From: Callorhinchus milii
Taxonomy: Eukaryota
Length of the DNA: 64,000 nt
NCBI RefSeq assembly: GCF_018977255.1
Contig: NW_024704743.1
Location: 91,948,001 to 92,012,000, forward strand
Direction: 5' to 3'
Made by a program: the position numbers and the translations under genes. Below, in pieces: positions 24,057-36,994 of the stretch (within the stretch, counting starts at the first letter, position 1; each line of letters starts with the position of its first letter). The notes under the pieces were generated by a model. It did not search any database. It worked only from the letters and a program-made list of their open reading frames with translations, and was not told where the DNA came from.

Positions 24057-25700
24057 CAAGTGGAAAATCTAATAAAAAAATGATTAAATCTAACTACTGC
24101 AATTAATGGTTAGAATGGGAGCTGGTAAGTTTTTTTTGAAACACACTGTAACATTCTTGCTGATGATACTTATGCATTGAAGATATGACTCTCAGTTTCT
24201 TTTTGAATATATTCTTTCTCACTGAAATATGAAGTGCTTCAATCCAACAGGAGAAAACAAGTCTGCATCATTAACAAAGGTCAAGGAGTGAATGATTGGC
24301 TAATGTTTGGTGAATATTTAATAGTTCAAAATTGAGACAGGATATTCAGTGGATTCAAATGAGATTCCTTAATAAGAAAACCAGAATTAATCAGTCTGAT
24401 TTCCAGTAATCTCCTTTTGGAGTGGAGTTACCAGAAAGGTAGGTGGAGATCAGGATTTAAGCAACATTTTGATGTCCTGACAGGAATATGGCAATATGGT
24501 GGATAATCTGCAAGGATGAGGTCAAATGGGCTGAAGGGTCTGCTTCATCTTGTTATCTGTGATCCTGAGTGGGGTTCCGAGATATATTTGCACTGGTATA
24601 TCTAGTTACTGGAAAAAGACCTCACTCAGATTAATTATGAAGAAAGTCTGTTAGACATCGTCGAACACTTGACCCCAAGGGTCTATGTAACTTTGCTGAT
24701 TTTTGCTTAACCTGGCATAAAGTATTTTACATGCTCCACCCACAACCTCAAATTCTGCCTCTTCCCTTCCTTCCAGTCGCAATAGTACAGGAAGAATTAT
24801 GAATGAGGCTTTATAGCTAGGATGCTGATACTGGTGGACAACAACACAAATTAAACATGCAGGACAGAGTCTCAGCACAAAATGCACCACAAACAATGTG
24901 ACCCAGAAGCAGAATCAAAAATCCTTTGTTGACCAGAATGGGAGCTCTCGAGCTACATGTGGTGTAGTACTGCATTTTCAATCCCTTACACAACAACAAT
25001 TAATTTACAATTGGTTGTATAGCCCTTTGATAATAAACCAGATTGCTCCAGATGCACAATTTTTTTGATCTTGCCATTTTATCAACTCCCTATGAATCAA
25101 ACCACAAATCACACTCTATCAATCCCATTCAAGCCTACATCTATCGGAGTCCATAGAATGATGGGTTTGTTAGAAGTGGCTTGCCTTTTGTATTTCAAAC
25201 GGTTTAGTTACATTGCTGAACAAGATACAAATTAAACATAAAAAGCAGTTCCCCGTGGTAAACACCATGGCTCTAACATTAATTAAATTCTGACTTCTCT
25301 CATTTATAATACATAGCTCTTCAGAAATGGACAGCTGTTGCCCATTGGGCAGGAGATTAAAGTTACTTAGACTTTCCTTGATCATATTGAAATGATGAAT
25401 AGTTAATTGATTCACCCTTTAGCAGGGACAAATTGGAAAATATTCAAGATTAATTTTTATATTCTTCACAATTTCTCACAAATTTTAGCACAGTTGGAGT
25501 AGTAAACTTGGAATGTGTTCTTCTGTTGTATTGATAAATTAAAGTTTGACAAAATATTGATATTTCCCTCATTCTTGCTAGATACTGAGAATATCATTCG
25601 AGTTGTTGTTTTCTTCAGGCTGTTTTTCTTGAGTTTATGGGTAAACCCGTCCATCCATTCACTATAAATGCTGAAACCATCAATGCTTTTAAATTCTCAT

Positions 25701-28040
25701 GACTGGGAGCTGAATATTCCAGGCTATCAGATCCTGAGAAAAGACAGGGACATTGGGAAAGGAGGATGAGTAGCAATATTAATAAAATACACTGTTACAG
25801 CAGTGGAAAGGAAAGATTTCAGTAAGGGCAATCAGGTAGTGGAAACTCTGTAGTTAGAATTAAGGAACAGCAAAGGAGGTAAGACTCTGTTGGCAGTAGT
25901 CTACAGACCTCCAGAGAGTTGTGATGTAGTGGGAAAATGTATAAATACGGTGATCATGGAAGCATGTAGCAAAAGCAATGTGGTTATAATGGGTGATTTT
26001 AATTTTCACATAGACTGGGAGAAGCAAGGCAATGAATTTCTAGAATGCATTCAGGACAGTTTTTTTGGAACAATACGTTTTAGAACAGCAAGGGAATACA
26101 CCATACTGGATTTGGTGATGAGTAATGAGCCAGAACTAGTTAACAATCTGACAGTAAGGGAACATCTTGCAAATAATGATCATAAAATGATTGAATTTGA
26201 CATTAGATTTGAGAGGGAGAAGGGAGAGTTCCAACCAAGGATTTAAATTTAAGAAAGGTAAACTTCGATGGGATGAGAAATATATTGATCACAGTAAACT
26301 GGTTAATTGTTAATGGGTAAACCTGCAGATGAACAATGGGAAGTATTCAAAAAAGTACTTGATACAATACAGAACAAGTACATAACCCTAAAATGCAAAA
26401 GCTCCAATTGTGTACTTAAGCAACCATGGTGGACAAAAGAGGTTAGAGATCGTATCAAGCTAAAAGAAAAGGCTTACTCAAATGCAAGAAAAAGTGGCAA
26501 TACAGAGGACTGGGAGAACTACAAAAATCAACAAAGAGATAGAAAGAAAGTAATAAGAGCAGCAAAAAGGGAGTATGAAAACAACTTGCAAGGGATATTC
26601 AAACCAATAGTAAAAGCTTTTATAAGTATATTAAAAGAAAAAGAATGGTCAAGGAGAATGGGGGTCTGTTAAAGACAGATGTAGGGGAGGCTATGACAGA
26701 AAATAAGGCTGACTTGATAAATAAATATTTCACTAACATCTTTATAGTAGAGGATGAGGACAAAATACCAGCTATACAGGGGAACCTAAAAATAGTCAAA
26801 GAGAAAAGCTTAATAAAATTAATATAAATAAATAATCGTAATGGGTAAAATAATGAGTCTCAAGATAGACAAATCTCCAGGACCTGATAGTTTCTACTCT
26901 AGGGTGTTAAAGGAAATAGGAGAGGAAATTTCAGATGCATTCATCATAATTTTCCAAAGCTCACTAGATTCGGGAATTGTGTTCCTAGATTGGAAAATTG
27001 TGAATATCACCCCTTTATTTAAGAAGGGAGGAAGGGAGAAACGAGGAAACTACAGATTTGTCAGCTTAACGTCAGTTGGAGGGAAAATACTGGAATCCAT
27101 CATCAGGGACAGAGTAATGAACAGTTATGAGCTAGTCAAAGAGAGTCAGCATGGGTTTGTGAAGGGTAGGTTGTGTCTGACTAATCTAGTTTAATTATTT
27201 GAGGAGGTGGATAGGAGAGTGTCTATGGATGTGTGTATGGACTTTCAGAAGGCATTTGATCAGGTTCCACAGAAAAGATTATTAGTGAAAATGGAAACGC
27301 ACAGAGTCGGAAGTAACCTTGTGATGTGGCTTGGTAATTGTTTGGGAGGCAGGAAACAGAGAGGAGGTATAAAGGGAACATTCTCTGATTGGCGGGATGT
27401 GATAAGTGGTGTCCTTCAGAGGTTGGTACCGGGACCCCAGCTATTCGCCATATATATAAATAACTTGGATGAAGGAATAGAAAGTTTTATATCCAAGTTT
27501 GCAGATGACGCTAAGACAGCAGGCTCAGTAAATTGTGTAGATTGGAGTAGGAAGTTACAAAGGGACTTAGACAGATTAAGTGAGTGGCAAAGCTGTGGCA
27601 GATGGAGTTCAAACTTGGATTGTATTCCCTTGAGTTTAGAAGGTGAGGGTTGATTTGATTGAGGTATTTAAGATGATAAAGGGATTTGATAGGGTAGGTA
27701 CAGCAAAGCTATTTCCTCTGGTGGGGAATCCAAAACAAGGGGGCATAGTCTTAAGATTGGAACCAGGCCATTTAAGAGTGAAACCAGGAAGCATTTTTTC
27801 ACTCAAAAAGTGGTAGAAATTTGGAATTCTCTCCCCCAAAAGGCTGTGGATGCTGGATTCATCCACACCTTCAAGAGTGCGGTTGATAGATTTTTGGTAA
27901 ATCAGGGTATTAGGCATACGGGGAGAAGGCGTGAAATTGGGATTGAAAGGATTAGTTGAGGTACAGATCAACCTTGATCTGATTAAATGACAGAACAGGC
28001 TCAAAGGGCTGAATGGCCTCCTCCTGTTCCTATGTTCCTA
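25701..28040 (+). mobile_element. CR1 LINE, decayed ORF2 (APE endonuclease and reverse transcriptase) plus 3'UTR
   Basis: NIPGY..RKDR, VYRPP, IMGDFN, ILDLV, KSPGPD, NYRFVSLTS, DFQKAFD, KFADD across frameshifted ORFs 25890-27653. Internal deletion near 27615. Tail gaatggcctcctcctgttcctatgttcct. Confidence 0.95.
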
Positions 28041-31000
28041 ACTCTCATGTGGGTTTAAGATACAGAGTAAATAAACTTAACATTGTACATGATTGGAAAA
28101 GACTATTGCAGGCTATCTATCGATTTATATAGCACCTTTTGTGTCAAAAGGATATCTTAAGGCCCTGGAAAAAAATTGTGGCGTGATGTGTTAATTATTA
28201 TCGGTGCTAATGAATGCAATGTTGACAAATACAATTGAGAAAGTTGATGACAAATCTTTTCTACAGATGTGACCCTCCCCCAACTCCATGTCAAAGCTTG
28301 GGCCCCAAACTGGCCACAATAGCCTTTTACTCTTTCAGCCCACAATTGAAATGTCAGTTCACAGGTTACTGACATAACAACAGAAAACACAATTGTGCTA
28401 AGGAAATAGCAAAGCAGTGAGGGTGCCATACATAGCTGTGTATAATTCACTATAAAAATGTAGACTGCGTAGCTGACACAACTGTAGATCTTAACTCATA
28501 CATTCACAGTGTGAATCTTGTTCATATTTATCAATGAGTATCATGTCTAAGGAAAAAAGCTTCTTATGTGAATGTGATTATGGTCTCTCTGGCAAGGTTA
28601 AGCAGAACCAATGTAAATCAAGGTATTGTTAATAGTTGATGAGTCTTGATGTTTAGAAATCTATGCGTTCTATATGCTTATCCTTAACGGGCAGGGAGAC
28701 CCTACCTATATGAACACCATGGCTTACACTTTTATCAACCTTTATCCTTCATCAAAATCTTTTATAAAAAAGATTGATAACAGGAATGGTACTTATTTCA
28801 ATGCTATGTGCTCTGCAGTGAGAGAGTTGCCCATTCCGCTTTGAGACAAATGAAAAACATGTACGGTCAAGTTGGACATAACTACATGAAAGACTTGATA
28901 CAAAATGTAAATTGTACTGAACTGAGAACTGGTTGGAAAAGGATTTTACAGTTATGGACTGTATTGTGTGTCAGTAAATTGCGGCATGTACCTGCTTTTG
29001 ATATCTCAAAGCATTTTGTGTGAAAGTGAATTTATTGCCAGCCGAGTATGTAACTGGGTACAAACCAAATAAATCATTTGCTTTTCTTGGGTTTTCATTT
29101 AGAAACTTAGAATTTGGAATTTATTGTGAAATTGCAGCAAAGGTCTCAGAGCATGATGAGGATGAGGCACATTTACAGTCATCAATATACAATAATGTAG
29201 AAGCAGCCTTGCCCTTCAAATTCATAAAAGTATTATCAACAATGCAATTAACAATTATCAACAATTTGCTATCAGTTCAAACCAGAAAAGAATCACTGAA
29301 GAGTGAAGAAAGAGGAAGATCAAAGAATGGGAAAAAACATTAAAAACAGAATTTGAATTAAGTCAGAATTCATTCAGTTAACGGCTATCGGAAATCTAAT
29401 CCTTAAAACTGTATTTTTCTTGTGTACTTTTTCAATTGTTATTTTCACTCTCTGCCTTTCTGCTCTGTTAGTTTTTGTTGCATTTGTTTTTCACTGGCTT
29501 CTGCCTTGTGTCTCTTTTTTTCCCCAAGACTATTTTTGTTTCTCTCTTCCAACCTTCTCTTCTTTATTTCTTTGTTTCCCTCTATCTTGTTGATTCTCTT
29601 ATTATAGTTCTTTATCTATTTCCCAGGTTCTGTTGTTTGTCTATATGTTTTGCTTGTCTACATCCCATACAGCAGCAGGAAACTGCAGCACACTTTGGAC
29701 CTACAATCAATACAAATATGTTGATTGCATGCTCCATGAATATTATACCTCCTCCATAAAGAACACATTTATGTTACCATGTTGAAAATTTAAGCAATCA
29801 GTGCTGTCATTTTACAATGTCAAGATTCCATGCTACCGTGAAAAAGGGGTAGAGGGTCAGTCATAGAATGTCATAAAATGGATAAATCACCCTTAATTAT
29901 ACAATAATTCTTGCATTTGCATTTGATATAGCCCCTTATCACATCTTCGATATATGTTTTGCACATTAGCTAAAATTAAAAATTCCCAACGGAATTTAAA
30001 ATGCTCATAATTCTCGGAGATCATAAAGTTCTCAATATAGGATTGCTTGTTTCTCAGCCACTTATTCTTTACTGTTCCAAATAGTAGAGAAACCACAGAA
30101 AGCAGTATGAGCACAAGATGAAGACTGAAGATATAGTGATAGGCACTTCAGTATTCTATCACTAGTCCAGTGATGGGTGTCCAAAAGAGATAAAATGTTC
30201 AAAGGTATTTGTGAAACTCTTATCCAATACTATTGACAATGGTTACCTTTCCTCAGAGATTTAACTCAGATTTCCTTCCAGCTGACAATCTTACAATGAG
30301 TCCTGCTACCTAGATAAGCACCATGTTATTTGATGCCTCTTGATCCCATACGATATCCCGTTTGCTGTTGATAGACTGCACCACTGCTTCCAAGGGAGCA
30401 AACAACTAGACATGGTTAATGCATGAACATCTGACCACAATTAATGCATTCCACTCTCTCCCTGTGTAGGGATTATGGTGGGCAGGAAAGGATCTCAACT
30501 GTTTGGTTCATTGATGTGGAAAATAATTAGGTGATCTGCAGCCTTTTGGCCCAGATGCTGTCTTTGGGGACATGCTCTGTCCTTGGGCAACCAAATCAGG
30601 GTTATAGCAAAACTGAAAATCGACCAAACGAAGCTGAACTATTTCATTTGGCAATTGAGCTAATGTCAGTAATTGGTCCAATCCAGAAGAAGACAAGACA
30701 GGAAGTGTTTTGGGAACTATTGGAAAAATCTCATTAAGTGCATTGGGGCGAACATTTCCAGAGTTCTTGAATGGAATTAAAACACAGCCAGACTTTATAG
30801 CACTCCAATAAACAACGCACCAGTTGTTAACCTTTCACCAGATGGCTGAGGGTAGTTGGAAACATGACAAGACAGTGAATGCATCATTTGTACATGTTGC
30901 AAAGAAGCATTTTCTAAATGACCAGTTTCAGACAAGGAAGTAGGAGCTCCTGTCAATAAACAAGAAAATGTTTTTGATGACAGCATGGTACTGCTAAAAA

Positions 31001-31614
31001 TGAATGCCTACTACTCCTGGTGGTTCAAGTGGTTGCATCCTGCGAGACCAGGGTATGTACTCTCTTTTGTTATTTTTGACAGTTATGGGCTGCTTATGTT
31101 CTTCTAGGTGCTGGTGACAGAAACGTGACAGAAAGGTCCCAAAAAAACACTAGTGAAGATTAGGGTGATAATGCGGATGAGTTATTATTTGTAGGTGAAA
31201 TGAAATATATCACTGCAAGAAATCAGCTTGAAATTGCTAAAGTGTGGAGACAGCCAAATTACTAACAAATAATGCAGGCCACGGACAGTGTTTGGTAAAT
31301 ATTCAACACTATCCATCAACGATCTGGCAAGATTTCAGCAAATGACATCTCTGTGCTTGAAAAATAGAAAAGATGCAAAAAAGAATTTTCAATTTGTCTT
31401 TGTAATATTTGGATGGTTTGGAGATGATCACAGCACAGAATATGGAGAATGACTCTGGGATGGCCGTCTGTTATAAGGTTAGAAGTTTATAAGACTCTCA
31501 AGGAATTTGAGTGATAAATAAATGGAAAACCATAAACTATTTTTCCATAAATGGAAAACTTGATAGGAAGAGTATATGTTTCTGGACAACAGTAGGTATT
31601 ATACTACAATACAC

Positions 31615-32217
31615 TGTAACAGGACTACATGCTGAGTATCACACAGCAGGTCTGGCTGACACCATGGGGGGGTGGGGGGGGGGCGATTCAGCCTATTCTC
31701 AGGAGCAATGGGACAGCTAACAATAACAACAACAACTTCCATTCATATAATGCACCTCACGCAGGGTAGTGTCCCCATGCAAGTTTGGTGTAGCTAATAC
31801 ACAAACTGGCCAATTGGCTCATAACGCATCTCCATCCACTAGCTAGGAGAATTCTCTTGTCCCCACCCCACCCACAAATGCTCATCTTATTCCTCCCCAT
31901 TGGGAGGACCAGATAATTGACCTGGGTGAATAAATTAGGGGGTATAAAGCTGTGGGGAGTTTGGTCCCTACATTCTGGGACTCGAAGGAAGGATTTGTCC
32001 AAGGAAAGCCAGAAAAGAGATGCCTGTGGCCTAAGGCCTAGCTTAGATCATATAGTTGAGTCAGGTCTGTAGAGAATGTGATTGAGAGTGAGGTCTCTGG
32101 TGCTTGGCAGAGGATGAGTATTTTGTACTCATGGGGAAATAGAGGGTGTAACACTAAATGAAAACTGTAACAACCTGCACACTGAGAATCACATAGCTGG
32201 TCTGGCTGAGACTATGG
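31615..32217 (+). repeat. LTR-like element bounded by ~52-bp direct repeats
   Basis: tgtaac...ctgag(t/a)atcaca(c/t)agc(a/t)ggtctggctga...atgg at 31615-31667 and 32166-32217. TATAAA at 31943. L2 tail inserted near 31720. Confidence 0.5.
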
Positions 32218-32299
32218 CCGACTGTTCAAAACAATACAATTTCCAGTATATCACCCGTTTCGCACAAGAAGATGTCTCAAAGCACTTTAGACAATTGGC

Positions 32300-32557
32300 T
32301 GGGCACCCAAGCCAGTGAGTGGGAGGGTGCAATCTGAAGAGTGTGGTGGAGTGAAAAGATGATTGAAAGTGTAGTCAAAGAGGTAAATCTTTAGGTAGGT
32401 TTTAAAAGTGTATATGTGGTGTATTTTGGGCACCCAAGCCAGTGAGTGGGAGGGTGCAATCTGAAGAGTGTGGTGGAGTGAAAAGATGATTGAAAGTGTA
32501 GTCAAAGAGGTAAATCTTTAGGTAGGTTTTAAAAGTGTATATGTGGTGTATATTGGG
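32300..32557. repeat. 127-bp tandem duplication inside a decayed L2 3' end
   Basis: 32300-32424 is identical by eye to 32427-32551. Confidence 0.9.
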
Positions 32558-33679
32558 AGAAAAGAAAGGTGGTAATCCCAAAGCAATTCCTATGCTGAAA
32601 CATTGCCCTGGTCACAAAAATTAGCATTTGAGTGCTAGAGAAGATGATATTGACTGACTTTAATCAGTTTCCTCTTCCTTTGCATTCATATGCTGCTTGT
32701 AGGATATTAGGTTCTACAAGACCTAGCATCATAACATGCAATGTTTCAAAGATGGCATCGCACAGCAGCTAAAATGGCACAAAAGTGCCATTGTCAACAC
32801 AAGTAAGTCAGGCAATAGTTATTGAATGGTAAGAGACTTGCAGTGTTTCATAATAGTTTTATGTGATAACACTGAACCATCATGAAATGCTGCAAATTTC
32901 ACCTCTATGATTTAACTGGTAGGGCTATGCCTCATTATTCAATCATTCCTTGTGTTCCATCATCCCAAATAACACGTATCAAGATGTCATAAATTCCGGC
33001 ACTATTTCCAATTTCTTTGGTTATTATTGTACAAATGTCACACTCTTAAAACGTTGACACTGCCACATTCCAATTACTCTGTGTTAATGTCATAGTACTT
33101 CAGAATTAGGCTTGTTATCTGCCATTTCTTGTGCTATTTTTGTCCTGGGGTTTCAAATCTGCATGATATTCTGATGCAAATGAAGATATGCTATGTCTTC
33201 CTATATGTCATACTCAAGTCCTGTGATTTTCTTCCTTTTGTCAGACTGACCTTATAATTTCTCTGTCTGCTTGCAAAAACAGAAAAATTGTATATTCTAC
33301 CAATTAGTGGATGGGAGCTTCTGCCTGCAATAACAACTATAGGCAGAAAACAATAATCCACCCTATGCATTACAGCCATACCAGCTGATGTCTCTGGTTG
33401 AGTTCCACTGTCCTTTGCTATTAAATTATGTCTGAAAATCAGATTCAACTGAGAATAGTTCTTGATCTTCCAAACATACTCTCCCCAGTGCGCTGTGGAG
33501 TGAAAATTTCAGGATTTGATAATTATCATATTTGGTAAAGACTGGCAAAGTCATCTTTTCCCCTCCACAAATCTAATAGTCATTACAAAGAGGTTGATTT
33601 GTATTCAGCTTGCTATAAAAGGTTTGTGTGTTGATTTTTCACTTAAATTAAGAAACAAAGCTGTTTAATTTCAGTAATT

Positions 33680-34320
33680 CTTTTTTGGTCAGCTGGATGT
33701 CGCATTTGGAAACCCATCACCATGCTTAAGAGTATCCAAACCAGACTGAGAGTTCCACATCTGTATGACAGAGTTCTGTTGGGATAATAATATAATCCTT
33801 GCATTTAATATAGTGCCTTATCACCTCTTCAAGATGTCTCAAAGCGCTTCACAGAATATACTGCAAAGTGAATTGACTATATTTTGTGGGCGAAACACGG
33901 CAGCCAATTGTGCACAGACGTGTCCCACAAACAGTCATGATTGAAGTGGCCATTTTATTATTCTTTTTAAGGAAATCCCTGGAAATGTGATCCGCCAATC
34001 GACTGACAACCGAGTTCCTATTTACTGCTAGGTAAACAGAGGCGTGTGGAGTATGGAAATTTGCCCACCCAGGAATCAAACCCTGGTCTCTCGTTTGTGA
34101 GGCGAGTGCTCTAAACACTGAGCTACAGGACTCCACACCCTGCTTGGACTCCATACCCTACACATAGTATGCACCTTGTTTACTTAATTCTTGAGCTTAT
34201 TAGATGCAAGGCCTGGGGTCCCCAGAGAATACATTAGGTACTGCTGGAGTAATAGCTTGCTGTTGAGAGTACTGTCTGGAAAGCTTCCCACTGCTTGACC
34301 AGCTAGGGCCATGCTACCAC
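33680..34320 (-). repeat. Family U copy interrupted by a SINE
   Basis: ggtcagctggatgtc...ggaaacccatcaccatgcttaagagtatccaaaccagactgagagttcc. Resumes after 34134 (ttacttaattcttg...ggggtccccag). Confidence 0.65.
33784..34134 (-). mobile_element. Chimeric SINE, long variant
   Basis: ggagtcctgtagctcag head, CORE-like block, Deu 3' half, ATT tail. Confidence 0.9.
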
Positions 34321-34954
34321 TTATATAGTTTGAGTAAGAATAGGGAGTTTTCACTGTATTTGTTCTAATGGGTAAATGGACACAAAGTCCTTTGACCTGT
34401 ATTGTAGTACTTTCAAAGGATATCCAGTTAGGACCAGAGAAGCCCACATTAATGTATGGATGGGAGAATGTGCCTTTGTAGTACTTGTTGCTGCTGTTGC
34501 AAGAGACTAGGTGGCCCTATTGGTAGGACATCTCCTGACACTTCTGCTAGTTCCACTGCCTCCCTCTGACTTAGTGGCCTGAAGTGGCTGATCCTGCCAA
34601 TAAAGTACAACAAAATAATTATTGTGACCCATGGGAAGACATTATTCTGGCTTTTCACCTTTTGACCACCTTTTGATCAGTTCTTAACCTGGTACAATAG
34701 AATCACACCTCAATAAAGGAGGACAAAAATGAAGGCTACTTTTTCACAATCTGTTTTTTTACATTTGAAGTTGACAATGACGAAAATCCCCAAATTCACT
34801 ATTGAAGCCACCCCACCTTTAAGCATAAACCAGGACATTTTGTTGACTGTCCTGAATAGTGAGCTTTCACTGTATTTGTTCCAATAGGCAAATGTTTGCA
34901 GCTTGGCTAAACAAAGATGCTGTTTGTATTAATTCAAATGTATGGACAGACATT

Positions 34955-35264
34955 TAATAATAATCCTTGCATTTGATATAGCGCTTTTCACATCGGGAGG
35001 ACGTCCCAAAGCACTTCACAGAACACACTGTAAAGTGAATTGACTGTATATTTGTGGGCGAACGCGGCACCAATTGCGCACAGCAATGTCCCACAAACAG
35101 TCGTAGATTGAAAATGACCAATTTATTATTGTTTTTGGTTTTGGAGGGATTATTATTAGGCATGTGGAGTAAGGAAACTTGCCTAAGGTTTCGCCCTACC
35201 TGGAATTGAACTCAGGTCTCTCGCTTTTAAAGCGAGTGCTCTAACCACTGAGCTACAGGACTCC
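34955..35264 (-). mobile_element. Young chimeric SINE, short variant
   Basis: Closely matches 16486-16806 and 63243-63562. Confidence 0.95.
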
Positions 35265-35656
35265 ACAGTTTCTATTTCTCACAGTCTTGGGATGGAAATC
35301 CAATAATGGTCTCCAGATCCCATGTGTCAATTATTATTATTTGGGGGAAGTGTGTGCATGGGTGGGAGGGTGGGAGGGGGTTGCGGCTGACGGTGGGGTG
35401 GGGAGGGGTTAAAGAGTTCCATCTTCCTTTTTGGGCACTTTTACTGCCAAGTTTTGACTGAAGAAATAGCATCACACTACTGGATCTAATATTACTTGAG
35501 GTATATTTCTATTTCTATTGTATTCATTAACAAACAGTGTTATTATGCACAGTATCAGCATCACAAATAGCTGTTCCCATTTCAAGTTGAGTGACACTTC
35601 ATCCTTTTTCTCAATGCTTCACAGACAATATTTGTATTCCACTCTAGGAAAAGGCT

Positions 35657-35748
35657 AACATAAGAACATAAGAAATAGGAGCAGGGGTAGGCCATTCGGC
35701 TCCTCGAGCCTGCCCACCATTTAATAAGATCATGGCTGATCTTCTAAC
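35657..35748 (-). mobile_element. CR1-type 3' tail
   Basis: aacataagaacataagaaataggagcaggggtaggccattcggc. Same family as 52475-52628 (+). Confidence 0.85.
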
Positions 35749-35749
35749 C

Positions 35750-36400
35750 TGCTGCCTGACCTTCTGATGTTAAGGAAAAAAAAGTTTTCGAGTTCCAATC
35801 AAGCGCAGCCACTGTTTGCAACCAGCATGGTGTTTATTAAACTCCAGGATCCGTTCAACTTCCCGATGGGCGTGAGCAAGTAAGCACAATCAATCAATTC
35901 ACTAACAGAACAATACTCCGCGTAATCCCTCCTCGTGGTCATCTATACTTCTGCCTTCTAGCTCTCAGTCTTCCATCCACGGTAGGTACTGTCCAGGGCG
36001 CGCGCCGATCTTGGTCTGGCACGGTGTCTTAAGCTTGTGTCCATCCAATCATGGTGCGGACATTAGGTCACCTGGCCAAAATCATGCTGAGTTCACGTGA
36101 ACATCTCACAGAGTGTACGTGCCTCACACACACAAACACACTGTCCTTGAGATAATCCGTTATCTTGTGTACTTGCAGAGCAGTAGTACACATCTTGTCC
36201 TTGAGACACTCACGTGATCCTGGGAAACTCATGAGTTTCAGTCCAGTTGTCCCCCCACACTTAACTTGAAAGTTAACCCGTTCGCAAAATCTATTATGAT
36301 TCTAACATTATACAAAAAGTGTAAATTCTAACACTGAGTGCTCCTAGCAACTTCTGTTTTTATTTCAGATTTCCAGCATTTGCAGGATTTTGTCTTTTGT
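35750..36400 (+). mobile_element. Penelope-like terminal repeat fragment split by a solo LTR
   Basis: gctgcctgaccttctga [LTR] gtgctcctagcaacttctgtttttatttcagatttccagcatttgcag matches the reverse complement of 36865-36935. Confidence 0.75.
35768..36333 (-). mobile_element. Solo LTR (566 bp)
   Basis: TGTTA...TAACA termini. Exact 4-bp TSD CTGA (35764-35767, 36334-36337). AATAAA on the minus strand. Homologous to 42901-43140. Confidence 0.9.
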
Positions 36401-36684
36401 TTACTTATTTACCCTTGTTTACATGTCAATTTGGAACACTATTGCTGCTCATTTTCATTGGCAGTTGTACCTTTTCCGTGCCTTACAATTGTTCTAATGT
36501 AAAGTCTGTCAGGACACTTTCTGCAACATGATTTGTGATTAATCTCAAACTGTTCTCTACCTGTGTACGTACGTTAGACTAGTGTGAATATTTGAAATGA
36601 AAGAACAGACTTGTTACGGATGATACATTGAAGTAAGTTACACCCGTGGAGAGAAATATAGTTATCTACCCCCAAGTAGATTAT

Positions 36685-36830
36685 AAGATAAGTTTGCAGG
36701 GCTATGGGGAGAGCATGGGGGAGTGGGATTGATTTGGAGAGCTCTTTTCAAAGAGCTGGCACAGGCATGATGAAACGAATGGCCTCCTTCTGTGCTGTAT
36801 AATTCTTTGATACTGTGCTTCTATGAAATT
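36685..36830 (+). mobile_element. CR1 3' fragment
   Basis: ttgcagggctatggggagag...aaagagctggcacaggcatg...gaatggcctccttctgtgctgta. Confidence 0.8.
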
Positions 36831-36949
36831 CTATCCAGGTCTAGATTTACTGTAAAAAAAATGCAAAGTACTGCAGATGCTGGAAATTGTAAACAAAAAC
36901 AGAGATCGCTGAGAACACTCAGCAGGTCAGGCAGCATCTATGGAGAAAG

Positions 36950-36994
36950 GAAGTGATTCAAGGTTTCGGATCCATGACCCTTCGTCAGAACTGG
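36950..36994 (-). ncRNA. Minimal hammerhead-ribozyme-like motif, probably inactivated, in the Penelope terminal repeat
   Basis: Minus strand: CUGACGA-A-GGGUC-AUG-GAUCC-GAAA-CCUUG. Core boxes and helix II are present; helix III and the cleavage site are degenerate. Confidence 0.6.

Noticed and set aside
24752..24830. Strong + strand splice acceptor
   Set aside because: All three frames stop within ~40 bp and no donor is evident.
25890..27653. Functional endonuclease/RT gene
   Set aside because: Broken by several frameshifts and stops; a dead CR1 copy.
30340..30395. Minus-strand YQQQTGYRMGS resembling the Penelope RT motif
   Set aside because: I found no downstream YxDD or other RT motif, so it may be chance. 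Needs a profile search.
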